From: Podarcis muralis | Taxonomy: Eukaryota | Direction of reading: 5' to 3' | Length of the DNA stretch: 64,000 nucleotides | Assembly (NCBI RefSeq): GCF_964188315.1 | Contig: NC_135672.1 | Span: 12,958,001 to 13,022,000, forward strand | Part shown: positions 36,745-49,235 of the stretch, piece after piece | Numbering within the stretch: the first letter of the stretch is position 1 | How the letters are laid out: each line of letters begins with the position of its first letter | Made by a program: the position numbers and the translations under genes | The notes under the pieces: generated by a model | Database searches by the model: none | What the model was told of the DNA's origin: nothing | What the model saw: only the letters and a program-made list of their open reading frames with translations

Positions 36745-36978
36745 TGCTATGTATTAAGATTGGCTGCAGTTCTCACTCAGGTCCACCAGTATGCAAATGA
36801 AGGATTGAGAACTGCCGCTCCCTGATTGGTTAGTTAGCTGGAAGTTGTGAGTGCTAGAAGTTACCTGGTAGTATATAAAGCGGCAGGCTGAGACTGCAGT
36901 CAGTCTGACTCCAGGAGCTGCTGCAATAAAGAGCTGTGAATCTAAAAGAGCTGAGATCTTTGTCCGTCTTATTTAACA
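36745..36978 (+). mobile_element. Putative solo LTR
   Basis: TG...TTAACA ends, with octamer ATGCAAAT (36791), TATATAAAG (36872) and AATAAA (36925) in promoter-then-polyA order. TSD not clear. Confidence 0.6.
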
Positions 36979-36979
36979 C

Positions 36980-37338
36980 ACACACACACACATATATATT
37001 ACAAACTATTGAATATATTTCATAAATTTTAAACAGGTAAATCTGAAGGATGGGACGAACTATTGAATACATATTTATTTTATACATATATTTTATATCA
37101 CGTTTTAACTGACATAAATCTGAGGGACGGGCTATTCAACATATATATATATATATATATACCTGATATCTTTCATGTTTAAACAGGTAAATCTGAAGGA
37201 CGGGACAAACTATTGAATACATATTGCTTTTATACATGTATTTTATATCTTTCACGTTTAAACTGACATAAATCTGAGGGACAGGCTATTGAATATATAT
37301 ATATATATATATATATGGAGAGGGGTTCCTGTAACTCA

Positions 37339-37372
<34 letters not shown>

Positions 37373-37453
37373 GATATATCACGTTTAAATAGGTAAATCT
37401 GAGGGACAGGATGAACTATTGAATATATTAGTAATACACACACACACATACAG

Positions 37454-37484
<31 letters not shown>

Positions 37485-38175
37485 TTAATAGCTGTCAACG
37501 TTTCCCTTTTTTAAAGGAAAATTCCCTTATTCCGAATAGGATTCCTCGCAAGAAAAGGGAAAAGTTGACAGCTATTATATACATATATATATACTATGTT
37601 ACATCCTTCACGTTTAAACTGAGGTAAATCTGAGGGACGGGATGAACTATTGAATACATAGTGCTTTTATACATTTTATATCGTTCACGTTTAAACTGAC
37701 ATAAATCCGAGGGACGGGTTTTGAATACATATTACAATAGTGGTATATACACACACACATATATAATATATACATATATAGTATATATTTATATATATGT
37801 GTGTGTGTACTGTATTACTATTGAAATACGTATTCAATAGTTCGTCCCGTCCTTCAGATTTAGCTGTTTAAACGGGACATATCGTAGTTTTTTATATAAA
37901 TATAGTTACAGAGTTACAGGAACCCCTCTGCATTAACTATATATATATATATATATATATTCAATAGCCTGTCCCTCAGAATTTTAAACGTGAAAGATAT
38001 ATGTATAAAAACATTATGTATTCAATAGTTCATCCCGTGAACTATACATATATATATACATATACATATATATATATACTGTTATATCTTTCATGTTTAA
38101 ACTGAGGTAAATCTGAGGGACGGACTATTGAATACATATTACAATAGTAATATATTTACACACACATATATATAC

Positions 38176-38234
<59 letters not shown>

Positions 38235-38275
38235 TATGTTATATCTTTCACGTTTAAACTGAGGTAAATCTGCGA
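36980..38275. repeat. Compound array of a 40-50-bp core separated by (TA)n/(CA)n tracts, about 11 copies in both orientations
   Basis: Core CACGTTTAAACTGAGGTAAATCTGAGGGACGG..CTATTGAATA, reversed near 37840-38040. Confidence 0.85.
37487..37575. mobile_element. About 85-bp hairpin MITE inside the array
   Basis: AATAGCTGTCAAC..TTCCCTTTT...AAAAGGGAAAAGTTGACAGCTATT. Confidence 0.75.
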
Positions 38276-39060
38276 GGCGGCCCCTTCGCGCCAAACGCCT
38301 CCCTCTCCTTTTTTCCCGCCCTTTCTCCCCCTCCCCCCCCGCCCCCTTTCCCGCCGCACTGCGCATGCGTGCCCGGCCGGCCTGCCTGCCGCTATCACAA
38401 ACCCAGAGAGCGAAGAGAGAGAGAGAACCGCGCCTCCGCTCCCCCCCCCCCGCCCGTGCGGTTTGCGCCCCGACGTCACAGACGCGACGTTCCTCCTCCC
38501 GCCCTCCCCCCTCCCCCGTGCGTGCGTCGGCCTGCGCGCGGCGTCACGGCGTCGGGCGTGTCCCAGGGTGCACCGCGCGCGGCTGCTGGCTCTTGCCCAC
38601 AGTTGAGCAGCTCGGCCTCCTCCTCCGCCGCTGCCGCCGCCGCCGCCTGGACGGAGGAGCCCCGAGGAGGACGGGCGGCCCGGAGGCAGGGGGGGGGGCG
38701 AGGCCGAGGAGGAGGAGGAGCCCGGGCCAGGCCCAGCCCCGGGAGGCGCCCCCCGAGGAACATGCGGCTCCGGCTGCCCCGCGGCGCGGCCGGCGAGTGA
38801 GCTGAGGAGGCGGCCCAGCGGCGGGGCAGGAGGAGGAGGAGGGAGGCCGGCGAGCCCAGCAGGAGGAGGAGGAGGAGGAAGAGGCCCGGCAGGAAGCGGG
38901 GGGAGGAGGGCGGGGGGGGCTCCTCCTCCTCCCGCCGCCGCCACCGCAGGGCTCGGGGTCGCCGCCTCGACGGGGGGGCAATGACAGCGGCTCCGGGACC
39001 CTCCCCGCAGCAGATCAGGGACCGGCTGCTGCAGGCCGTCGACCCCAACAGCAACGTGAG
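38275..39060 (+). promoter_or_regulatory. MED26 CpG island / promoter and GC-rich 5' leader
   Basis: NRF1 TGCGCATGCG (38360-38369), half-CRE GACGTCA (about 38473) and dense CpG. Confidence 0.8.
38762..38800 (+). other. Upstream ORF MRLRLPRGAAGE* in the MED26 leader
   Basis: ATG at 38762 (A at -3) and TGA ending at 38800, 180 nt before the MED26 ATG. Confidence 0.5.
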
Positions 39061-39387
39061 TCTGGGGAGAGGGAGAGGGAAGGGTTAATGGGAGGGAGAG
39101 GGTTAATTTTAGGGAAGCTCTGAAGGTTTAATAGGTGTTTTAGTGTTTCGTTGGAAGCCACCCAGAGTGGCTGGGGGGGGGGGAACCCAGCCAGTTGGGT
39201 GGGGTATAAATAATAAATTATCATTATTATTATTATTAATGGGAGGGAGAGACAGGGGAGGGTTAATAGGGAGAGACTGGGGAGGGAAGGGTTAATGTGT
39301 TCGTGGGGAGGGGGGGTGTAGCGTTCTTGCACGTGGGGATGCGAAGAGGGGGGAGAAGAAGAAGTAGTTTGTCATATACCATATATA

Positions 39388-39425
<38 letters not shown>

Positions 39426-42400
39426 CCAGCCCATAATAATTGCTGCTGCCATCCCTGGGGAGGGTCTCTCACCTGCCTTTCCTTCCTGGTTTCTGGGCTT
39501 GGGCTTTTAAAGGAAGAGTTGTTCCTGAGGGGAAAAACCCACCCCACTCATACAATGATAACGATGTCCTCCAAATCTGGGGACTCCCAACTAATAATAA
39601 AGATGATAACCGTGTCCTTCAAACCTGGGGTCTCCAACTAATAATATTGATCTTAATGTCCTCTAAATTTGGGGTCTCCAACTAATAATAATGACGCTGA
39701 TAGCGCCCTCCAAATCTGAGGTCTCCCAGCTGGTGTTTTGTGCCCCTGGTCATGGCCTGCTGCAAGGTGGGTCGCCCTGCAGGTCTGTGGTGAGAGAGTT
39801 GAGAAGTGGGTACCTGGATGCATGGTTTGGTGAATAGCAGGCCCTGGGTGCAGAGAGGTGGAAGATCCCTGCTGTGAGCGGGCAAGTTGCAAGAGAGGGG
39901 AGGGCTGGGGGTGGGTGGGGAAGGGCTCACTGGTACTGTGGATCACTTGCTTTGCATGCAGAAGGTCTCCGGCGAAGGCTGGGGAATTATTTCCTGGTCA
40001 GCTGCTCTGCTGCCGGTCAGTCTAGAGACAGTGCTTAGCTCTAGGGGCCCAGTGGCTTGACTCGGGAGGAGGTGAAGGACTGCAGCTCAGAGGGCCTGAC
40101 TCGTATGCAGAATGATCTCCAGGTAGGACCCGTGAGCCCTAGGCCCTGCAGTCATCATAGGCAACGTCGAGTTGGCTGGAGCAATGGCGTGACACAGTGT
40201 GAGGCAGCAGCTTCCAGCTGAAATGAGAGCCACGAGGTCAGGAATCTTTTATTTCTAAGGAAAGGGCCATTGCTTAGTGGCAGGGTATCCCCTTTGCTTG
40301 CAGAAGACCGCCAGTCTCAACCACCGGCATCTCCAGGTGCGGGTTTGGGAGACCCCTGGGTTGGCACCCTGGAGAGCTGCTGCCAGTCTGTGCAGGGAGT
40401 GCCGAGCTGGGAGCACAACCTGGTCTGCACCAGCGCAAGGCGTTGCTCTGGGGCGTTGGGCTCTCCTTCAACGGGTTTCCTGCCGCCTCTGCCAGCTCCT
40501 CCTCCTCCCTGGGCTTCTCACCTGCTAACATAATTTCCTCTTTTCTTTCTTCCCATCTCATCCTGCAAAAGTAAAAAATCTCCCTTCTGCTGCTGAAATG
40601 CCAAGTCCGGTTTGTTTTCCCTTGGGCCTCCTTTTTCCCTCTCCACCCACTCGGGTCTGCAAAGAAGGGGAGTCAGGATGATGTATCCTCTGGGCTTGAC
40701 CTTCCGCTTGCAGTTGCCCCCCCCCCAAAGCCCATTCCCGTTTTATTAGGCCAGCATGTGCTTCCCCCCCATCTCCTTGCCAGTGGGTCCTTTCCTGTGC
40801 TCCTCCTTCAGGCCCCAACACATGCCAGTCTGACGCTCTCTCTCCTCCCCTGACCCCCCTTTCCATGTTACTTGGGAGCAGCAGTACCCCCAAGCCCCGG
40901 TGGCTTAGACCCCAGCTGTAGACTGTGGCTCCTCCTTGCCATGTAATGCTGCACCCCCTTTCCCACATGCCCCCCGCCACCTGTCCGTGGTGGCACTTGT
41001 TCCGTGCCCTGCATTTATGGCGTTTACTTTGTGGAGTCTTGCTATCAGGGAGCACTACCTTGGGCTTGTATAGGAGGCCCTGTTTTCTGTAGGGTCGGGT
41101 AGACATGTCTCCTAATAGTATAAGGGGGGGGGGTTGCGCTCGCCTGCTGGTCTCATCACCCCTCTGCTTGCGCCTTGACGGCTGCTGGTCATTTGGAATG
41201 GGCACCACCACACTGGCCGCACTTGGCGCAGAGGGGCTTAACCCGGCCACTCCCTGGGGCTTGCGTCTTTCTAAACGGCTGCTCCTCTTGCGCCTTCCCC
41301 CCCTCGCCCTGCAGTCTCCCCCCTTCACGCTTTCTGTGCCTGCTGCCTGCGCTTTAAACCCCCCCCCCCCAATTCTCCTCATATCTTTCGCACGGGATGA
41401 AATCGTGCAAGATGCCCAGGGACACAGGAAGATGCATCGTGCGAAGTTAGGCCCTTGGTCTCTCTGTCCGTCTGTCTCTCTCTCTCTTTCTATTGTGCCT
41501 TCTGACTGGTAGTGGTCCTCCAGGGTTTCGGCCTCGGGGGGGGGGGGTCTTTGCTCCATCCCTGCACTGCAGTTGTTCCTTCAGTGAGTTGGGCCTTAAC
41601 CTGAGCCCTCCTGCATGCAAAGCCCTTTTTGATGTGTCTTCGCGTGGTGACGCCTAAAAGAGCCCTGAGCGAAAGGGGGAAAGTTTTTCTCCAGGTGAAC
41701 CTTCCTGGGGAGGCACCATGGAAGAGAAGGCCCTTCCTCTTCGGTGACCTTTAAGGAGGTTAAGGGCCGCAGAGGTCAGTTTTCGTACCTGGATGGGCTA
41801 CGGCAAGAAGAGATGTTGACTTTTAGGGACTGGCAGAGTGTCTTCAGGGCCGATTTCTGCAGTTCTCGCTGTGACTTTATGATGTGTGGGGTGCCACTGC
41901 GAGCCTCTTAAGGGCCCCGACCCCGGCCAGTGAACGCCACTGGTGATTGAGGCACAAGTCCAGAAGCAAGGGGTGGTTGTCATTCGGCTTCTGACTCGCT
42001 GGGTGGCTGGACTTGCCTCTCAGCAGCGGAGGGAGTTGGGGCAGCCTTCAAAGTCAGCCGGATCCATTCATTTCAGCCGGTCTCCTAGCATCACAGGGCG
42101 CAGGGTGCGTGGTGTTTGGCGCACGCTCCCGCCCAAAGCCTCACGTTTAACTGTTCTCTTTCTCTTCCAGATTCGTAACATGGTGGCAGTACTGGAAGTG
42201 ATCTCCAGCCTGGAGAGGTACCCCATCACCAAAGAAGCGCTCGAGGTGGGTCCTCATTCACCTCCTGATGGAAATAGCAAAAGCTGCACCGCGCTCATTT
42301 TTATTTCTTAAAATTTGTTCTCCGTTGATGGTAAAAACAAAAAGGAAACCGTCGAAGCGGTTTACAAAAGATAAAAGGGTGAAACCGAGAACAAAATGCA

Positions 42401-44240
42401 CAACTGTGATTTAAAACGCATAACAGTTAAAGCGCTGAAATAGATTTAAATCATCTCAGCTTTCTAACCATCTGAGCGAGTATGGTGAAGGTGCCTGCTT
42501 GATCTCAATTGGCAGGGTTCTTTCGGATGCAGAACAGGCACCTGCAGCCGTGCCAATTCTGCCTATCAAGGCGTTCAAGTGGGACCACCTGTTGGGTAAG
42601 GTGATCTCACAGCTAAACTGGTCCCAAATTGATGTTGTTGTTCTAGTCGTTTAGTCATGTCCGCCTCTTGGTGGCCCCCTGGACCAGAGCACGCCAGGCC
42701 CTCCTGTCTTCCACTGCCTCCCGCAGTTTGGTCAAACTCATGCTGGTAGCTTCGAGAACACTGTCCCACCATCTCGCCCTCTGTCGTCCCCTTCTCCTTG
42801 CGCCCTCCATCTTTCCCAACACCAGGGTCTTTTCCAGGGAGTCTTCTCTTCTCATGAGGTGGCCAAAGTCTTGGAGCCTCAGCTTCAGGATCTGTCCTTC
42901 CAGTGAGCGCTCAGGGCTGATTTCCTTCCGAATGGATAGTTTTGATCTTCTTGCAGTCCATGGGACTCTCCAGAGTCTCCTCCAGCACCAGAATTCAAAA
43001 GCATCCATTCTTCGGCCATCAGCCTTCTTTATGGTCCAGCTCTCACTTCCGTAAATCACTACTGGGAAAACCATGGCTTTTACTATGCGGACCTTTGTTG
43101 GCAAGGTGATGTCTCTGCTTTTTAAGATGCTGTCCAGGTTTGTCATTGATAAAGGGCTCTAAATGCTAATAGCAGCGCCTTGAACTTGGCCCAGTTGCAA
43201 ACGGGCAACCAGAGCAGATGTCTGGGCACAGGAGTTATACGCTGACAAGGCCTCGCTCACGTTCAGCAATCGTGCTGCAGCATCCTGCACCAACTGCAGC
43301 TTCTGGGTCAAGTTCAAGGGAAAACCCCTCAGAGAGCACATCGCAGTAACCCAGCCTTGAAGCAGCTTAGGGAAGTGACCTTGGGTAAGCACAAGGTTTA
43401 TGGTCTGCAGGAGCTCCCGCCTGGCCTTGCTAGCAAACCGCAAAATTGTAGTTGCCAGGGCCTTTGCTGGTTTGGCTTCTGTCTGAAGGGTCGGCTGGTG
43501 CAAGACCTGCTTTCTCCCACCCACCCACCCCTCAAAAAAACACTTGACGCGTTGACCATTTTGCAACTTAAGCAAGTATGATGGGTCGCCGTATCCCGTG
43601 ACGGCGGACTTGTACGGGCTGCGCCTTCTCGGCTGCCCTGGTCTTCCTCCTGGGTTTCCAAGCATCCTCACACAGCTCTTCAATTGTGTGGCACCCCCTT
43701 CCCCAGAACTGTGGGAGGTGAACAGCTGACTCAGCCTTGTGGGACTCCCTGGGAGGGTTGGCCGCTTGTCCGAACACGTTGCAGCCCACCTGCCTCCTCC
43801 AAACGGGGGAATTCCGTCGAAGCGTCCCCAGCACTCCCTGTGCCAGCGTCGGCCGGAGATACGGAGACTGATTTTCACAGCTGCCTGGCGTTGCTGCGAT
43901 CCTTAGCCGCTCTGGTCGTTTCCGCAAATGCCAGATGGCTCGCAGTTCTCTTTCCAAGCCTCTCGCGGGCTTGCGATTGTCTCAGTCTTGAGAGGCCTGC
44001 TCTGTGTAGGTAGCTGAGGAGACATGCAGACTGGCAGGAGGGTTTTCTGGAGAACCTACCCACTGCCCTGATTTGGTGGGTTTGGTTTAGTTGGCTGAAA
44101 TATTTAACAGGTCAAAGCGGAGAGTTTGTCTTCTTCGTTTTATGAGCTCAGTCCCCACGCTGCCCAGACGAACTGAAATGTTTGTTTCAGCAAAAAGACA
44201 CTTGGTGTTGATACTGCAGTCAAACTGAAAGCTTTGTTTC

Positions 44241-44289
<49 letters not shown>

Positions 44290-47163
44290 TAGTACAGTCA
44301 TACCTTGGTTTGCGAACGCCACAAACTCGGAAGTGAGTGTTCCGGTTTGCGAACGTTCTTTGGAACCCGGACGTCCGACGCAGCTTCCGATTGGCTGCAG
44401 GAGCTTCCTCTTGCGGCCAGTCGGAAACTGCGCTTTGGTTTCCAAACGTTTTGGAAGCCGAGCGAACTTCCGGAACAGGTTCCGTTCGACTTCCGAGGTG
44501 CGACTGTATTAACGGTGCGTTTTAAGACAACACGGCGGCAGGTCTTTCCTTTACACTGCTTAGATTTTGGAAGTGCTGAAAGCTTTTAATTCTAGCATGG
44601 CTATATAAATAATCTGTGGGAAGAGGTGGCAGCAACTTGCATCCTGACTTATGATTGCTTCTGGTTGTCCATTTCTCCTTGCCATTCGTTACGTTATAGA
44701 GTAGTTTTCTCAACTGAGGCGCTCCTTAGGATTGTGGTGGGGGAGGAACCCACAGGGGAAATAAAGCAGCAGCTAATTTCTGGCAAAATCTCCACCGCAC
44801 CAATGTGCATATCAACAGACTTGTGCAACCATTGACCCTTCTTGGTAGCGCGCCTCCCCGCTCATAGAGCAGCGGTTTTCAACCAGGGTGCTGTGGCCCC
44901 CCGGGGTGCCTCGAATTATGGTCAGGGGTGCCATGGGCAACACTGGCCTCTGTCCCTCTTTCCCTCACTCCTCGGATGCCCTCTCTGCCTTGAGGAGAGG
45001 AGGCAGAGGGAACACTCCCCAAGGGAGGGTGTTTGGAAAAGGGTGAGGCTGCCAGCTCTGCAGGCAAGGGGTGACATAACTGGGCTCCTGAGCCCCACCG
45101 CAGAAAGAATGTAGTTGCTCAAGGAGCCGTGGACTCAGAAAGGTTGGAAACCTCTGTCATAGGGTGCTGTGTCTCCGTGTGTGTCACAGGTACCCACCCA
45201 CTCAGACCCCAAATTCCTCTTCTTGGAGGGAGACCTTCCTGGGACAGGAGAAGCTGCCTCCTGCTGCTTTTGACAGGTTCACGGGACCCTCTGCCAGCCC
45301 AGCACCTCCCTTGTGTTTTGGACTACAACTCCCATCAGCCCCGGTTCCATTTGGCCACACCAGCTGGGGACGATGGGACCTGTAGTCCGAAACATCTGGC
45401 CGCTGAAGGTGGGGTGATGCGGTATGCAGATATCTTGCAAACTAACATTCCCTCCCCACTTTTCTCTCTTGTTCCTTTCCCCCCAAAAAACTCCACAGGA
45501 GACGCGGCTGGGGAAACTCATCAACGACGTGAGGAAGAAAACCGAGAATGTGGAGCTGGCCAAGCGGGCGAAGAAGCTGCTGCGGAACTGGCAGAAGCTT
45601 ATCGAGCCGGGGGCGCCCAGCGAGGGGGCCGCCAGGGGGCCGCCCAACCCACCAGGGTCTGCCAACGGCGGCGGAGCCCACAACTGCCGGGTAGAGACTC
45701 CTCCGGCGGCGGTGGGGCCGAAGCCCGCGCAAGATGCGAAGGTCCGGAACGACGTCCAGAAGCTGCACTCTCCGAAGCAGTTGGTGGAGAAGCCGGCGGC
45801 CCGGAAGAGGCGGGGGGAGCCGCGCGATGGTCTGGCGGGGGCGCCTCTCCTGCCTCTGCCGAAGGCCTCCAAGGCCTGCTTCGAAGTGTTACAGAACTCC
45901 TCGCCGCCCCCGACGAACGGGATCGGGGGCAGCAGCCCGGACAGCTTCCCCAGCCCGCCGGAGGCCGGCCTGCCCGCCGAGCTGGTCGAGGGCGACAAGC
46001 TCAGCAAGATCCCCATCAACGCGGTGCGCCCCCACACCAGCTCCCCGGGTCTCTTCAAGCCCTCTGCTTCGTCCCTGCTGAAGGTGGCGCTGCTGGTCCA
46101 GCAGGAGAAGGAGGAGGCGCCCGCAGCCGGCCAGCCCAAGAGCCCTCGCTGCTCCTCTTTCAGCCCCAGGCACGTCCGGGCGGAGACGTTTTCCCGGCAG
46201 CACACCACCTACTCGCCCAAGGGCTCGCCGCCTGCCCCTTCCCCGACGAGGCCGCCCCCCGCCCCGGACACTCCCGCCGGGGCTCCCTTGTCGCCCCCTG
46301 CCCTCGTGCAGCCGGCGCTGGAGAAGCGGCTGGAGGCTCATCCGCAGGCGGGGCTGGAGACGCCCCTGCACGGCATCCAGGAGGCGCCGGCGGGCCGGCT
46401 GATGGCGGGCCCCCCTCTGAGCAGCGGGGCGGGCCCCCTCCTTGCGGAGCCCTTGCTGGCGGGCTTCTCGCCGGACCCGTGCCGGGCGGACAGCGACGGC
46501 GCCGCCTCGGGGTCGGACAGCAAGAAGAAGAAGAAGTACCGGCCCAAGGACTACGTGGTCAACTTGGACGGGCAGGCGCTGGAAGGGGGGGTCAAGCCGG
46601 TGCGGTTAAAAAAGGAGCGGCGGCTGACCTTTGACCCCATGACGGGCGAGATCAAGCCCCTGGCGCAGAGGGACTCCTTGCCCTCGGCGGCCCACCCGCC
46701 CGCTCTCCCCGAGCAGCAGCACAGGACAGGCGCAGGGGAAGCCGCGGATCCCAAGCCCCCCCTGCAAAGCCCCTTTGAGCAGACCAACTGGAAGGAGCTG
46801 TCCCGGAACGAGATCATCCAGTCCTATTTGAACCGGCAGAGCAGCTTGCTCTCCTCTTCCGGGGTACAGACTCCGGGCGCTCACTACTTCATGTCCGAGT
46901 ACCTGAAGCAGGAGGAGAGCACCCGCCGGGACGCCCGCAAGACCCACGTCCTGGCGCCCCACAGCAAGCCCACGGACTTGCCCGGGGTGACCCGGGAGGT
47001 GACGCGGGGCGACCTCGACAGGATTTGCGGCCACCACTGGCCGGGCGTGAATGGTTGCTACGACACACAGGGTAACTGGTATGATTGGACGCAGGGAATA
47101 TCCCTCGACCCGCACGGGGACGACGGGCGCCTCAACGTCCTGCCTTACGTCTGCCTGGACTGA
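38981..47163 (+). CDS. MED26: Mediator subunit 26, 3 exons, 604 aa
   Basis: Exons 38981-39055 (MTAAPGPSPQQIRDRLLQAVDPNSN), 42171-42245 (IRNMVAVLEVISSLERYPITKEALE), 45499-47163 (ETRLGKLINDVRKK... TFIIS-N-like domain; KKKKKYRPKDY; LTFDPMTGEIKP; C-terminus LNVLPYVCLD*). Confidence 0.97.
42633..43148 (-). mobile_element. BovB (RTE clade) LINE 3' fragment in MED26 intron 2
   Basis: MTNLDSILKSRDITLPTKVRIVKAMVFPVVIYGSESWTIKKA...DSLEKTLVLGKMEGARRRGRQRARWWD...KLREAVEDRRAW, with a (CAA)n-like tail. Confidence 0.93.
43150..43420 (-). mobile_element. Older L2 LINE fragment adjoining BovB
   Basis: FPLNLTQKLQLVQDAAARLL matches the L2 motif KLQLVQNAAARLL. Confidence 0.7.
44292..44510. mobile_element. Tc1/mariner-like MITE
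   Basis: TACAGTCATACCTTGG...CCGAGGTGCGACTGTA. Confidence 0.8.
44870..45156. mobile_element. hAT-type MITE
   Basis: CAGCGGTTTTCAACC...GGTTGGAAACCTCTG with 8-bp TSD TCATAGAG/TCATAGGG. Confidence 0.85.
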
Positions 47164-49010
47164 GCGCCGGGATGCTTCTGACGCAAGGGGCAGTTCGGTG
47201 CCAGCAGGCGGGTGCAGCGGCAACGGCTGCCCCCCCCCTCCGCCCCCCCGTTGTGCTGAATAAAAGGCTCACCCAGCAGAGAGAGGGAGGGAGGGAGAGA
47301 GAGAGAGCTGGACCCCGGCAGTTCCTTCTTCCCTAGGTTTCTTTCTAATTATTCTTTTTTTTTTTTTTTGTGAAGTGCTGCTACCAGTCTACTAACAAAA
47401 TTGCAAAGCGGGAGGAGGCGCAGAACGGAGGTTTGATTTATACGGCGGCAACGGAAAGAGTTCCAAACTCTTAGCCAGCCAGCTCTGAAAAAAACACAAA
47501 AACAAGAAAAAAAAGTGTTAGGGTTTTTATTTTATTTTATTTTACTTTCGAAAGGTGAAGATTCTTTCCAGTGATTGGCGGGTGCCGAAATCTGAGGGCA
47601 GGCAGGGAGGAGGCGGGGAGAGGAATGGCGGGAGGCAGGACGTTTTAACCAAGAGTAGCCGTAGCCTATTTATTTTTGTCCCCGATTTTGTTTGTTTTTT
47701 CTTGGAAAGGGAGTAAGGATGATAGTAACAGCCGTGAGATGGTTTGAGATGAAACTGTGCAAAAATCCTGTGGTCAGTAGTTCTTCCTGGCGTCACACCT
47801 GTCTCCAGAAAAAGGCGTGTGGCTTGCGGTGAGGGGTGCCAGTCTGCCAGGGTGGGCAGGAGGTAGTGCCCACCTTCAGGTTAGCATTCCACAAATATCC
47901 CTCCCTTCTTCCTTTCTTGGTGGGGTCTAATCAGATTTTTGTCTTCAGCCTAAGAAATGCTGCACCACGACCCTTCGCCAGCCTGAGTGTGTCTTCCCGG
48001 AATTCTTTCTGCACATTTTTTAGGGAGAGGCAAGGGAGGGGGTAGAGCCCTCTCTCCTCCGCTGCCCCCCCCCCCAACGTTAAAAAAGGCAAAACCCAAA
48101 CCGTACAGAGGGTGCTACTTTTGTCCTGTGAAAGGAGGGGGGAGAGAGAGATTGGGGAAGCCTGTTCTGCAATGCTGGAAAATACACTTGTTACCATTCC
48201 TTTTTAGATAATTTGTTTGCCTTACGGAGATCCATCACAAAAATTTAATAAAAAAAGAGAGAGAGAGGGAGAAGAAGAAAAAGAAGAAGCGCGACTTGCA
48301 AAAGCGAAACAGAGCCTTAGTGAATGTACAGTAACTATCCTAGACTTCTGCGTTCCTGGGACGCAGAAGGGAGCAACTTTGCTATTGGTCCTTTAAGTGG
48401 ACACGTTGTGATATACATGTGGAAATAAAACAAAAATTTGCACAAAAGCACGGGCTGTCGTTTCTTAAAAAAAGGGAAGTTCCCGGAAAGTTGGCCGACT
48501 TGAGAAAGGCAGCTTCCTGTAGCCGCAGGACTTGAGTCTCCAGCTGATTCTGGACTACAGTCCCCATCATCCCTGAGTGCCGGTCCTGGGAGTTGTAGTA
48601 TTCCCACAACCCCGCTGTAGCGTGTGCTTGCTCTCTAGCTCTCCTGGCTGCTGGGAGCTGTAGTCTAAAGCGCCTGGGGAGGGCGGTACAGAAAGAACAA
48701 GGAGGTGGGCGTTTCTCACCCTGACGCTCCTGGGCCTACAGCGCGGTGTCAGTGGGCTACAGCTCCCTCCCACTCTTACTGGCTGGGGGTGCTGGGAGTT
48801 GTAGTCCAATAACCTCCAGAGAGGGGGACCTACGATCTATAGAACTGGGATGGGTCGGAGCCTGTGGCCCTTCTGATGTCGGTCCAGGAACATCATAATC
48901 CCTGACCGCTGGCCCTTCTGGCTGGAAGAGATGGCAGTCCCAATGGTAACATCCTGAAGGTCACTTGCTTCGCCTACCCACTTCCCTTGCTATTTGTCTG
49001 CTTTTAGAAA

Positions 49011-49235
49011 TACAGTGGTGCCTTGGAAGTCGGACGGAATCCGTTCCGGAAGTCCATTCGACTTCTGAAAACTTTTGGGAACCAAGGCGCGGCTTCCGAT
49101 TGGCTGCAGGAAGCCGGAAGCCGTGTCGGACGTTCCAAAGAACGTTTGAAAACCAGAACAATCGCTTCCGGTTTTCGATCGTCCGGGAGCCTAAACGTTC
49201 GACTCCCAAGGCGTTTGAAAACCAAGGTACGGCAC
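49011..49235. mobile_element. Tc1/mariner-like MITE
   Basis: TACAGTGGTGCCTTGG...AACCAAGGTACGGCA; the interior is shared with 44292 and 53529. Confidence 0.78.

Noticed and set aside
38234-39054. Long Pro/Gly/Arg ORFs on both strands at the MED26 promoter (similarly 50961-51950 and 59892-60496)
   Set aside because: Stop-poor CpG-island sequence with no recognisable domains.
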